NCBI GenBank assembly: GCA_012295275.1
Contig: CM022673.1
Location: 14,260,001-14,324,000, forward strand
DNA length: 64,000 nt
From: Chrysomallon squamiferum
Lineage: Eukaryota; Animalia; Mollusca
Direction of reading: 5' to 3'
Shown: one piece after another, positions 42,202 to 55,322 of the stretch
Layout of the letters: each line of letters begins with the position of its first letter
Position numbering within the stretch: position 1 is the stretch's first letter
Position numbers and translations under genes: made by a program
Notes under the pieces: generated by a model
Database searches by the model: none
What the model was told of the DNA's origin: nothing
What the model saw: only the letters and a program-made list of their open reading frames with translations

Positions 42202-45200
42202 GACACACATACAAATACCAACACAATTGTAATAATAGATTTCAGTTATTATTTATAATTTTGTTAGTAAAATATTCAAACTGATTTTATGTACAGTGTT
42301 TAGTACTGTTTTGCACAGACTCGCCGCACACATGTACAAAACTCTGTCACGAGGGTCCGTGTGGTCCATGTAATGGGCAGACAACTCTGCGCTGTAAATG
42401 TGGAGCTGTTGAAAAGGAGTTCTCTTGTACAGAAGTTACAAAATTTACAGGTTTGTTTTTTATTTAAATTACCTTTTTTAAAATAATTATATATATATAT
42501 ATATATGCACCAGTATCAGTGTCTTTTTCTAGATATATATGTGGATAACTTCAGTATAGTAACTTTTAATTTCTTGTAGATTTGTCTAATAAAGTAATAT
42601 AATTAATTAATAAAATATTTTAATTTTGTAGATGAAAAACCTTTCAAGTGTAACAAACGATGTTACAAGAAGAAATCATGTGGTAGGCACAAGTGTTCAG
42701 AAACATGCTGCACAGTGAGTTTTACTTTCACTTTTACTTTCACTTTCACTTTCACTTTCACTCTTATTAGAAATATTATTTATTCCCTGCTTTGTGTTTT
42801 AGTTTTTTACTGTAAACTTTAATGTAACTTTAATAAAAAAAAATAGCATTCGTTGTCAATTTTTCAATTTAAGATGTGGTTTCAATTTAAAACTCATTTT
42901 AGAAAATATAAAATTAAAAACTTAAGAATTAATTTTATATATATTTTATTGATTTGATGAAATTTATGCTATATTTGTTAATTTTAAAGAAACATTTGTT
43001 CACTTTGAACAGAAAGAAGAACATGTTTGTGAGTTTATTTGTGGTCGCAAGTTGAACTGCGGAATTCACAAATGTCAAGATCCTTGTCACAAAAATAACT
43101 GTCTACCTTGTTATCAAGCCAGTAAGTAACTTGACATCAATTCATTAACTACTTGACATTGTCAGTAAACATAAATGACATTGTCAGTAAACATAAATGA
43201 CATCAAGTCTTGACTATGCTGTCAGTAACTTTACAATAACATTCTTTGAAAGCATTTAATTCATATGCATAATGATTATATAACTATCCAAATAATAAAT
43301 ATAAAACAGCTTGATACCAGTTGTAATATGGATACATAGTAACCTACCTAAATAACACTTATGTTCTAAAAATGTAAAATAATTTCAGGTTTTGAAGAGT
43401 TGACCTGTCACTGTGGGGCAGAGATTATTTATCCCCCAGTCCCATGTGGAACCAAACCTCCTGAGTGTAGGAGGTTATGTTCTAGACCACACCCTTGTTC
43501 TCACCCAGGTAAAGTTTTATCTTTTACCTCATTCTTAGTAAATAGCTAAATAGTTAATTATGTATTGTACAAACTGAGTTATTTGATTGGTTTACTGAAT
43601 TATGTAAACATTACTCTGACTGGTTTATATGACTGTATAAAAGTGTATCTGATTGGTTCACTTAATTATCTAATGGTTTGTCTGATTGGTATAAATAATA
43701 ATGTAAAAGTATGTCTGACAGATTTAGTTAATTGCAGAAAGGTTTTTCTATTTGGTTCAGTTAATTACATAAAAGTACCAAAGATTGGATTTCATTTAAA
43801 CTGCAAAAATATATGTAATTGGCTAACAGTGGGATAGTGTATACTGGCTGAGGTAACTATGTAAAAGTATCTCTGATTGGTTCAGTTAACTGTAAAAGTA
43901 TGTGTGATTGGTTCAGTTAATTGTTAAAGTATTTTTGATTGGTTTAGTTGATTAAGTCAAAGCATCTTTGATTACTTTAATTAACTATGAAAATGTTTTT
44001 GTGTTTGGTTAAGTTAATTATGTTAAAGTATTATTTAACTGGTTCATTTTATTATGTAAAACTTTCTGTGAATGTTTTAGATATGAATTGTAATATCTCT
44101 CGGTGTTCAGACTAATTAACCGATTAATTAATTGACTGTGTTTCAGTTCGACACACGTGTCACAGTGATGAGGTGTGTCCACCGTGTACAGAACTCACAG
44201 AGAAGATGTGTATGGGGGGGCACGAGGTAAAAAAAAAAAAAAAACTCTTTAATTAATTAGTATCACTATATAAAACAATGTCTGACACCACTGACTCAAA
44301 ATCCAAAACACAAGGAGGAGGATTTAATGAACATTTAAATGTTGTTTTAACAGAAAAGGAAGAACATCCCGTGTCACATGACGGACATTTCGTGTGGAAT
44401 GCCGTGTGACAAACTGCTGCCGTGCGGAAACCACAGGTGCAAGAGAAAATGTCACAAAGTGAGTGAGACACTTTCAGTTGTTTTTTTTCAGTTTTATAAA
44501 GTTTCACAAAGATGTTTTTTAATTTTACCAATTTTTTTTTTTCATTTATTTACAAAGTTTGTCTTAAAGTTTTTAAAAGTTTACAAAGTTTTATAAATTT
44601 CCAAAAAAAATTTTTTTTTACAATGTTTTTGAATTTTTAATTTTTTAAAAAGTTTTGCAAAGTTTAGATGTTTTTTTTTTAAGTTACATAAAATTTGTAC
44701 AAAGATTTATAAAGTTTTACAGTCCTATAAAAATCTGATCTTGTTGTTCACCTTACTTACACTGCTTTCTACATTTAGGTAACACACCACTAAAAAAACA
44801 AAAAAATAAATAACTTAAAATGGATCTAAAAGATTTTGTCTTCTTTAGGAGCTAAAGTTATCAAGTGTTTGCTAAAGTGATTTGATTTAAACTAAAATAT
44901 TTCAGATCTTGACTTGTTTATGTACTAGATTTTTATATATACATACAGGGTGACTGTTTGGGTGAAGGTGAATTTTGTCAACAGCCATGCAGTATACCTC
45001 GTCCAGACTGTGGTCATCCATGCAGTGTGCCCTGTCATGTAGGAATGCCCTGTCCACAGGTGCCTTGCAGGACAGAGGTCAGTGTCCATTCTGACCACTA
45101 GTTTCACCCCTTTTTGTTTGTGTGTATATCTGTGTGTCGGTGTGTGTGTGTGTGTGTGTGTGTGTGTTGTTGTTGTTGTTGTTTTTGAAAATATTAATAA

Positions 45201-45288
45201 ATAGACTTTACATGTTGATGACAGCAAGTAGATTTGTTAATATATTCTTTTCTATTCTAAAAATATAAACCCATGGTCTGTGTTTATC

Positions 45289-45329
<41 letters not shown>

Positions 45330-47091
45330 GTTATGGTTGTGATAAGTTTATGGTATATTTGTAATAACTTTTGGTATACTGTTGAGCTTTTTGTGATACA
45401 TTTGTAATATATCTGAGTTAAAATTGTGATAGATCTTTGATAGATTTATGATATATTAGTGATATATTAATGTTATAGTTGTGATATATCTGTGATATAT
45501 TTATGATATATGTGACATACTGGTGATCTATTAATGATATATTTATGATATACTGGTGACATAATGGTGATCTGTTAGTGATATATTTATGATATATGAG
45601 TGATATGTTGAAGATGTATTTGTGATGTATTTCAGATTGAGATTAAATGTCCATGTGGAAGGAAGGTTGCTAAGGCTCAGTGTCAGATTAGTGGAGACTT
45701 GGCTGCTCACATCTCAGAGTTCCAGAAGTTTGTTTACTTACAAATATCTAAATCACTTTTCACTATACATACACCTCATTGTTTATTTATTACAAGTAAT
45801 CAGCCTTAATACATTTGTACAAGTCTGTTTTTCTTACAAGTAATTTAAAAATAATAATTTCAGTACATACAAATGTTTGCTTATTTTCTCTTCTTAAAGT
45901 TTTTGTACAATATGACAAACAATCAAAATACATTTTATATTTGTATAAAGTGGGGGGTTTTTTCTCTTGTTAAATAATGACAAATAAATTCTAAAGTTTT
46001 TCAAAATATATTTAAATTGTTTCATCAAATATGCGCTTTGTTTTGCCAATCTTTTAATTATGTATCTTAGTTTTTCATAGCTATTTATCATTGTCTGTTT
46101 GTACAATTAATGAAATAGGTGACTCATTTTCCAAAAGTTTAGACTACTGTAGTCATTTCAGTGAATACTTTAAGATATTTCAGTGAATCTAAATATTGAA
46201 AAAAACAAAACAATGTACAGTGAGATTGTAATTGCATGTAAATAAAGAACAGAATAATATATTCAGTATCAGATTTATGCATCTCATACTAAGATTTAAA
46301 CAGAAGATTAATAATCTTGTATTAAATGTTAGTATACAATTACTACAATAGTAAAAAGCCAGAATGACAAAGTGTGTGTGGTTTGTGGTGTTTGGTGAGT
46401 GGGAAAATAAGCATGTAAAATATTTGTTGGTACTAAACAGATTTATATTGGAATTATTATAAGTTTAGTATTGTATAAAACAAATTAATATTAATGTGTT
46501 TGGTTTCAGGATGACCGTCCACCACCTGGGCAGTGGTCAGGGACTTGATATGTCACAGCTTAGCAAGAAAGGACAAACAAAACAGTAAGTGTAGATTAAT
46601 CTACATTTTGTTAAAACAAGCCAGTAGAATTCTTTACATTTAGTTAAAATAGGTGAACAGAATTGTGTACACTTTGGTTAAAACAAGCCAATAGAATTGT
46701 GTTACATTTAGTTAAAACAAGCCAATAGAATGGTATACATTTAGTTAAAACAAGCCAATAGAATTGTGTTACATTTGGTTAAAACAAGCCAATAGAATGG
46801 TATATATTTAGTCAAGCCAAGGTACTGGTCACATCAAACTACTGATACGTAGACATAACACTGCACCCTGTCTTACCTAACTAATGTCTAACTTCCTAAC
46901 ACTGTCCGAGCAGACTCTGTGTGTTAATAATAAAACTGTTTACAGGTTGGTCTGTGATGAGGAATGTGCTATCATGGAACGCAACAGAAGAGTGGCCCTC
47001 GCTCTGGAACTGAAAAACCCAGATTTGAGCACCAAACTTGGAAATCCATCATACTCAGACTTTCTTAAAGACTTTGCAAGGTTTTTTCTTT

Positions 47092-47124
<33 letters not shown>

Positions 47125-50100
47125 GACAGACATAGATGTTTAAATATATAAAATAAACATATAACTCTATCCAGTTAATAACAATTGTTTGTAAATATTT
47201 GAAATGTAGCAATTTTTTTATGGTTTTTATTTTTTTTGTGTATTTTTTTTACTGTTTGTATTTTAATTTTTCAGAAAAAATCTTCCGTTTGTGACGTCAG
47301 TTGAGAAAGGTTTTTCTGAACTGGTTCACAGTGCTAAACAGGTAGGTTGGTTAAAAATATAAAATATTTCACAATGTTCACACATGCATATAATATCTGT
47401 AACAATAATGTTGATGATGGTAGGATCTGCAAGGTAAGTTTAATGACTGAATCAACACATTTGTATTTCTTGTATTTCTCTGTTTATTTATTTGAGAAAT
47501 CTGCACTGAGCTAGATGATTCTTCTTTTTTTAATCATTTTTTTTTTCTGTTACTTTTTTTTTTTTTATAATATATATTTTTTTTTGATTAGCAGCAATGG
47601 AACTTTACTATACACCTTTCCTCTTACAGGAAAATACAAACCATGGCTTTTATCAAACTGGTTGTGGGATATTGCTGTCACTTGCGACAGCTCAACAACA
47701 GATGGTTAAGGAATAATGATAAAATGTGTGATAATATTTTTCAATTTTTGTTTTTTCAGTCTAAACAGGTAAGTCGAAGTCACGCATTTCCGCCAGGTAA
47801 CAGAGAACAGCGCAGAGTGATCCACGAACTCGCTGAGTTTTACGGTTGCGACACACAGAGCTACGACTACGAACCAGTGAAAAATGTTGTAGCAACAGCA
47901 AAACGGTAAATTACAGCATCTACAGTTACAACAGTTATATTGTGTAAATGTTGTTATGTTTGTACAATGTTTTATAGTGTAAATATTTATTTTTATACTA
48001 TAAATATGATTACATTTATTCAGTTTTGTGGTACAAATCAGGAGTGCGCAATCTGTGGTCATCACTTTTAATGTCCCCTTCCTATGGTGGGTAGAAAATA
48101 AGGGTTTGTTGCACGTTTTTTAACTGACTGAGAAGTACAATAATAAATAAGTAATTAGTCTTCACTGTATCATCAGCAGGCACTCTGTACAAAAGTGACT
48201 GATTTCACTGACACACTGATCCACGTCAAACAAATAGTCATATGTGTTTGGGACAGTGTTCTTCGACACTGGCAGATTGGTGCTATCTTTGAGGACAGTG
48301 AAGTATCTGCTGAAGATGTTTTGTACCACAGCTCAGTTCAGTGGCTATCTCAGGGAGAAACAGCATGTTGTGTTCAGTATATGTGACGAGACATTTCAAT
48401 CTTCTCTGCTAAGAATAAACATCTTGCATAAACATCTTAAATCAGGGTTTTCCAGATGTACCACAGAGTTCAAGAATTCATGGACAAGTGCCATCTACTG
48501 CTGAACCTCATTATGAAGGGACAGTGTATTCAGCTCTTAAGCAGCAGCTGGTCATTTACCAGAGTGATGTCCCCACAGTTCCATTTATTGTTGTTTTTGA
48601 CTCTAGTTTGAATGAATTTGATGATCGATTTCAGTTATTCCATGAAATGAAAACAAAACTGGTTGCAGCTGAAACTGGTTGCAGCTCCTGTTTACAGTCA
48701 AAAGTGAGAGTGGCCCACTGGAACTTCAAATGGACCTGCTGGAACTGAAAAGTGATGCCATTCTAAAGAACAAATTTAATGAGAGTGTTGATCCACTGGA
48801 TATTTGGAAGTTGGTGGTGGCAATTCCTAATCTTCATGAGATGGCTTTACATACCCTTGTTATCTTCGGGAGTACATGCTTATGTGAGGCAGCATTCTCC
48901 AAAATGAAATACTTGAAAAGCAAATATCGATCACTTGACAGATTGGAATCATGCTTGTGATTGATGCTCTCGACCTTGCCTGTAAGTTTCAAGAATCTGG
49001 CAATGCACACACAAGACTATGCCAGTCATTGATAACTGTACGAGTAGATGACTTTCAAAGTTGCTATTTAATAAAAGCAATAAATAATATTAAAAACTGT
49101 TTTATTTTGACTTTTTGTGAATCACAGAGGGATGAAGTCAATTCTCATGGAAACATGTAAATGCACGCATTATTTATATGCAGCATTTTAAGTCACAAAG
49201 GTCATCGTTAGAAAATTATGCAAAATCATATATGTTCAGATTTGACATAATCACAAAGAAATTTGTGCAACTGAAGTGCTAGTGAAGTTAAAACTCAGCA
49301 GGCTGTAAGATCAGAAAGAGTGTGCACCTCTGCTATAAATGTTACTACCTTTATTCCTTTTTATTGTATAAATATCACTACATACATACACTCAGTTTTA
49401 TAGCATAAATATTACTACCTTCAGTATTATAGTATAAATATTACTACCTTCATTTATAGTATAAATATTGCTACCTTCAGTATTATAGTATAAATATACA
49501 TTCATTTACATTTATTTTATACTAAAAATATTACTACATTTATTCAGTTTTATATTATGAATATACATTTATTTAGTTTATGTTATGAATATCAGTACAT
49601 TTATTCAGTTTATACTAAAAATATTACTACATTTATTCAGTTTCATATTATAAATATTATTACAATTATGTTGATTCAGTTTTATATTATACTGACACTT
49701 ACTCAGTTTTATGGTATAAATATTACTACATTTATAGTTATCCAATTTTATAACACACTTTTTACAGTTGAATCTGTAGGTTATGACTTGTCAAATTTTA
49801 GTGATAAATAATTTTTGTTACAATTGTTATTAGTTATACAACAGAACATATGGTTTAATATTGACAATTACAGTTTAATATTGATAATTACAGTTTAATA
49901 TTGATGTTTACAGTTTAATATTGATGTTTACAGGACAACATGCTGGATGCCGTCAGTAACATTGAGTTCAATAATACAGAGAGAACTTCACCCCAAGGCT
50001 CCCCCACCTATACCCCACATCAGGTTTGTGACATACTGTTTTAAAATACATCATTTAAATACAAAACAGGAGACACTTGAAGTCTGTTGGTTAGACAGCT

Positions 50101-50265
50101 TGCTTGAGAATCACTGGTCATGTGATAAGTGCTAACAGATGATTTTAGGTTATTAGGATGACATTAGAGTGTTAAATTTAAATATCCACTGATTTAACTG
50201 TTTTGTTATCACTGTTAGAAAGTAATAAACATTGTCTTATTCCTTTTATACTGCTGTGTAAACAT

Positions 50266-50340
<75 letters not shown>

Positions 50341-50506
50341 CACTTCACACAAAGTAACACCCAGGCATGCTTGTATGTTAGATGTTTTCTTTAAGAATTT
50401 CTCTGTAACAAACATTTCACTTACTTTCAGACAAACCACAGCAACAGAGACAAAACCGAAGTCAGCTTCTCCTGTCATAGATTATTTTGATTTTCCACCT
50501 ACCTGA
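36146..50506 (+). CDS. NFX1: Transcriptional repressor NF-X1 (RING/PHD, NF-X1 zinc fingers, R3H); 22 coding exons
   Basis: Exons 36146-36947, 37320-37478, 38203-38280, 38612-38714, 39380-39451, 40553-40692, 40928-41018, 41661-41869, 42319-42450, 42632-42714, 43013-43121, 43389-43508, 44147-44226, 44354-44458, 44949-45077, 45636-45727, 46510-46584, 46946-47080, 47275-47341, 47760-47905, 49934-50023, 50431-50506. Motifs: [36 protein letters not shown], repeated CGxHxCxxxCHxGxCxPC, R3H ([26 protein letters not shown]), C-terminal IDYFD. Confidence 0.95.
43550..44075. repeat. ~33-bp degenerate minisatellite (GATTGGTTCAGTTAATTATGTAAAAGTAT-like) in an NFX1 intron
   Basis: Repeated tgattggtt(c/t)agttaa..gtaaaagtat motifs. 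Confidence 0.8.
46605..46820. repeat. ~33-bp minisatellite (GTTAAAACAAGCCAATAGAATTGTGTTACATTT)
   Basis: About six visible copies immediately after the exon 46584 donor. Confidence 0.85.
48039..49332 (+). mobile_element. Degenerate hAT (Buster/SPIN/GTF2IRD2-like) transposon in an NFX1 intron
   Basis: Frameshifted transposase relics: HCII..QQALC-like near 48163-48190 and dimerization motif [23 protein letters not shown] (ORF 48679-48960). Imperfect TIRs CAGGAGTGCGCAA and rc CAGAGGTGCACAC. Flanks gtacaaat / ctataaat (6/8) resemble a decayed 8-bp TSD. Confidence 0.8.
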
Positions 50507-51330
50507 CATCATCTTATGTTCATGTTTGATTAGTTTTGTGTATTTTTTGTTTTATTTTAGTAAAGTAACCGACTTCAACAGGTAAGTAAGTGTATTACTG
50601 TACCTCAGTTTGTCACTGATGAAACTGTAATCAGAAATACCAGAAGATAAAATGTTTTATAAATTAATGTAGAAATTATTTTGTCTGATCTAAGTGTTGA
50701 AGCACAGTTGTTTTGTTAAATATATTTTCACAGTTTGATGACTGCCATGATTGTCTGTTATTAACACAAGTTTCTGGAATACACAGCTGAAAATTAAATT
50801 CAAATTTTAAATTATTCATTGTGTACGAATGATGTCTATTACAAGCGTTGTAAGTTTAACTGACAGTGTTAAACTGTGAATCATTAGAAATGATTCTATC
50901 TTCTTCAAAGTTTAATGTGAAATTTGTCTTTCAAAGTTGAGAATTGTGAATTATATCTAATTAAAAAAAAAATTCAGTTTGAAAATGTTTCTGTTAAATA
51001 CTGTGATGTCAGTTTGTCAGATTTATTCAAGAACTTTTTTATGATAATTAAATAGAAGAATTATGTTTTTTGTTTTCTAATTATCATTTTTATCGTATAT
51101 ATATATATATATATATATATATGTTTTGGCAGTAGATAGGTCAGCTTTATTTTATTTTTTTGATTATGTTTTCGTTCTGTTATGTATAATGATTAAAAGA
51201 CTATGTATATATTGTTCAAAATAATAGCTTTTTTCACTTTTTTGAAATATATTTGTTTATTCAGTGGATTTTAATTATTATTATTATTTCTTTTGAATTA
51301 TTAATATACAGAGGTTCTTTCTCTTTAGCT

Positions 51331-51407
<77 letters not shown>

Positions 51408-52660
51408 CAGATTATATTTTTCATTTACTTTTTTTTGTTTGTTATGTTGCACAGAAAATAGGTAAATTAATAAGGATTGTAAATGAACATGTCAGCACCC
51501 CCATGTTTGTAATTTAATTATTATCTTATAACTGATTGTTGAAAAAAATAAAATTAAATAAAAATCTCTAAAACATCTTTATTATTTATTGTAAATATTA
51601 TGAATTAATGTGAATTGTAAAGTTTTTATGTTTTGATGTTTGTATGTATCTGTATATACAGTGAATGTGTCATATATCTGTATGTATAGTTAGTTGATTA
51701 GTAGATATTATAATAGGTACGTTGCTCATCCTAAAAACCAAAAAATTATTCATAAGATTATTAAACTTAAGAATTATACTATGTGGTGCGGGATTTTTTG
51801 GGGTGGCTGGGGGTGTTGTTGTTGTTTTTTTTGTTTTTTGTCTATGTATGTATATATAAAAACACACACAGACACACACATATGCATGCATAAAATAGTT
51901 GTTTTCGTATCGTTGTTGCTTGTATTACATATCTGTGATATAATTTGTATACGTAACGATGTTATCTAAAAGATACATTGGTTAACAACTAGAAGATACT
52001 CGTCTGACACTGTCAGTGTTTTTGATTTGTGTTACAAAACAAAGTTTATATTTAATTCATCGTATTCTCTTCAAGAAGGGAGATTACTCTAATACATTTT
52101 ATTACAAAAGATTATTGATGCTTGGGACGTTTTTAAAATTAATGATTAATATTGCCTGGTTAGATGTCTTGTACAGTATTCTGAATCAAACAGAAAATAT
52201 TTAAAAATATAACAGTGAAAAAATGTAAAAAACAGGAGATTTTAAAAATCATCAAACGGTAATGTTTATTATTGAGTATCTTTCTTTTAGATAGCATTAT
52301 ATTGCAAATGAAATCATGTACGTACTGTACAAACCTAAATGTCTCCGATACGATAATAAGATCTTTCTTTTTTCTATTTTTAATTTTTAATTTTTTTTTT
52401 TTTTTTTTTCTCTCAGTGTAGGAAACTTATCACATGTGCACGACATGTGATACAAGGAATACGTCATACGTGATGTTGATAAAGTGCAGTGCATGACAAC
52501 ATCGTGGACATTGACATTAAAAAATAATGAGTTATAACATTTGCACTAAGAACGAAGATAACGTGTGACCTCATTTAGTTTTCTTCTGGCTAACAGGTTC
52601 TGTGGTACTTGCACTTAATCCGAGAAGCAAACAACAACAACAATAATAATTACATCTGTT

Positions 52661-52747
<87 letters not shown>

Positions 52748-53218
52748 TACACATGCATGTATACCCCCCTCAAAAAAAAAAAAAAAAAGTCTTATAATCG
52801 TGATTTTAAAAAAAAAAAAAAAAAAGATTCCTTTTATTATGTCTGTGTGCGGGTATGTTGTATTAGTCGGATTTCTGCAGACAAATTTATCTGTTTCAAA
52901 CATTTTATCAAAATCTTCTTATTTCATTTTATTAATTAACGAAAGCGTGTTCTGCTGAATTTTCTGTTGACAGTTTTGTCGTGTGTGTGTGTGTGGAAAT
53001 GTATTTTATCTATTAAATAATGCACGTATCTATGTCATTGTTAGATAATACTGTTTTGTCTTACTGTTGTAACCTCTGACCCAGTCAGCTCCCAGAATTC
53101 CTCACCAGACATTGTCTAAGCACACAATCTGTGAGTTAAGTTCTCATTTTGGAGTTCTTCAGTTTGGTTTTACAGACGACTGTTATTACTGTGGCTATTT
53201 GGCCAACAGTCGTCAGTT

Positions 53219-55322
53219 ATGTTAAGTGGTAACCTCTTATCAGTTCTTTGTGGCGTTTGGTATCTTAGTAACGTTTGTAACAAACACGACCAAGCAACGA
53301 CGACACCAGCTGCTCCAACGACAAGCCATGATGATAGAGGGTTTGATCTGCTGTTTACAACAAACCGTGAAGAGATGTTGGACGTACCAATTCAGTTTGA
53401 AAAGCGAGTACCTCGCTGGTTGAAAGGAACTTTGGTAAATGTATCACTTGTGTCGTTATGTAATGTAATATTTCTCTTTCAAACTAATTTGGAAAATAGG
53501 TATAAAACAAAATAACTGAAGTGAATGAATAAGATTACTTCTAGAGATATTCTAACCAAAATGATGTAGCTAAATTGTTTCAGCCTGTGTTGGTGTTAAG
53601 TAAAGTAAGTTCTAGTACACTGTAACAGGTTTAAAATTATACAAGCGTCAACGTCGTTTTTTACATCTTGTCTGTTGACGACATTAGTTTAATTCAAACA
53701 GCAGTAAAATTTTACTTTTTTAACGCTTTGTTAAGTGTATATATATATAGATATCATACGTACATGCAAACATACACAAAATACATAGGTACGTACATGC
53801 ACACATATATACATATGCATATGTATGCACACTCATATATCTATAACAAATAAATAAATAAATAAAATTCATATGATGACGGTGTACTGTCTACACTCAT
53901 TTAATAAAATATTTATTTAAAATTATTCAGATCCGTAATGGACTCGGAGTGTTTGAAAACGGAAACAGGAAGTTCAAACACGCCTTTGATGCTTTCAGCA
54001 AGTTGACAAGCTGGCGATTTGAGGGCAAGAAAAGAGCCTATTTTTCTACACGCCTGCTGCGGAGTCAGTTTTACAACGAATCCATGAAAACGAAGACGAT
54101 AGCGCCATTTTTGATGTTTGAAACTGTGGAGCCTCCTTTCAACCAGATGCAGAAGATGGAGGCTCTGCTGAGAGGAATCGACAACTTGAACGTCAACGTT
54201 TATTCGTTCAACAAGAAAAAACAGTACGTCGTGTTGAGCGACTTCTGGAAGCTGTACGAGATAAATCCCAGAAATCTCACGACTGGGAACGCGATCTCCA
54301 ATGCGCCGACTCGTGGAATGTTCGAGCCAAGATACTTTTTGAATTTTCTTAACCTAATATCCACAGCGCATCCTCTTCCGTTTCCGGGCACCGACTGGCA
54401 TTTGTCTTTTCTCAGCAGCGTCAGTCTGTTGCCCTGGGTGAAGAGCGCAATGAACCTGATAAAAATAAAATCTGCAGAAGACAGAGAAATCATTGCTAGG
54501 TGGGAGGTTGATAAAGTTCCATACATGCATTCGTTTTCTGTCACGCAACACTACGCCGTTCTGTTTGCCTCCCCTTTTTACGTGAACGTGCTAAAAATGG
54601 CGATGAAAGCCGAACCGTTTCGCTGTTTGGACTGGCACCCGGACGAAGAGACAACAGTATACGTCGTCAATCTGAACACTGGAAAGGTGCACACTCTGAA
54701 AACAGGGAACGTGTTTATCATGCATCATGTAAACGCGTATGAAGTGTCCATGGACCACTTGGTAGTGGACGTGTCAGCATACACAGGACCGGAAGCTATG
54801 TATAACTTTGAAATGAAGATCATCATGGATCCAGTGGCGAGAAACAAATTCGATCCCCAGGCGCGCGTGCAGCGATACGACATATTCCTGGACAAACAGG
54901 AAATCAAAATGAAAACGTTCCCAGGGGGCCCGGATGCACCGTATACCCCCAACCTCGACCTGCCGACAATTAACGAAAAGTACCGATCTCGACCATACTG
55001 CATCACGTACGGGGTGGTGATGAAGAGAGACAACTCGTCCCTGTCAGACGCGGCTCTCGTCAAGAAGAATCTATGCAATCACCTTGACGACAAGGCCTGG
55101 TTTAAACCTTATCACTTCCCAGAAGAGGCGTGGTTCGTACCCGACCCCAAGGGAACACGGGAAGACGACGGCATACTGCTACTGCCTATACTGAACGGAC
55201 TGAAAAACCGATCGTTCCTGGCTATTATGGACGCCCGGACTCTGACGATTGTCAGTCGTGCTTATCTGCCCACTGTTCTCCCTTTCTCATTCCATGGACG
55301 ACTTTTCCCCGAAGTTGTCTAA
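53219..55322 (+). CDS. Carotenoid cleavage oxygenase (BCO/RPE65 superfamily), ~535 aa, 2 exons
   Basis: Exons 53219-53434 (TTG/gtaaat) and 53931-55322. The join gives VPRWLKGTL/IRNGLG. All four Fe-binding His motifs are present (TAHP, YMHSF, MHHVNAYE, FSFHG), plus DLPTIN and PEEAWFVP..REDDGILL. Confidence 0.93.

Noticed and set aside
48195-48960. Possible domesticated GTF2IRD2/ZBED-like gene
   Set aside because: Multiple frameshifts, stops and deletions, with transposon ends still visible.
54200-55078. Antisense ORFs over the carotenoid oxygenase, and 59481-60446 over the coiled-coil gene
   Set aside because: Shadow ORFs of GC-richer coding exons with no independent motifs.
53931-55322. Bacterial contamination or recent horizontal transfer of the long-exon oxygenase
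   Set aside because: It has a spliceosomal intron at an in-frame conserved junction and host-type microsatellite flanks. Ancient origin cannot be judged without a phylogeny.
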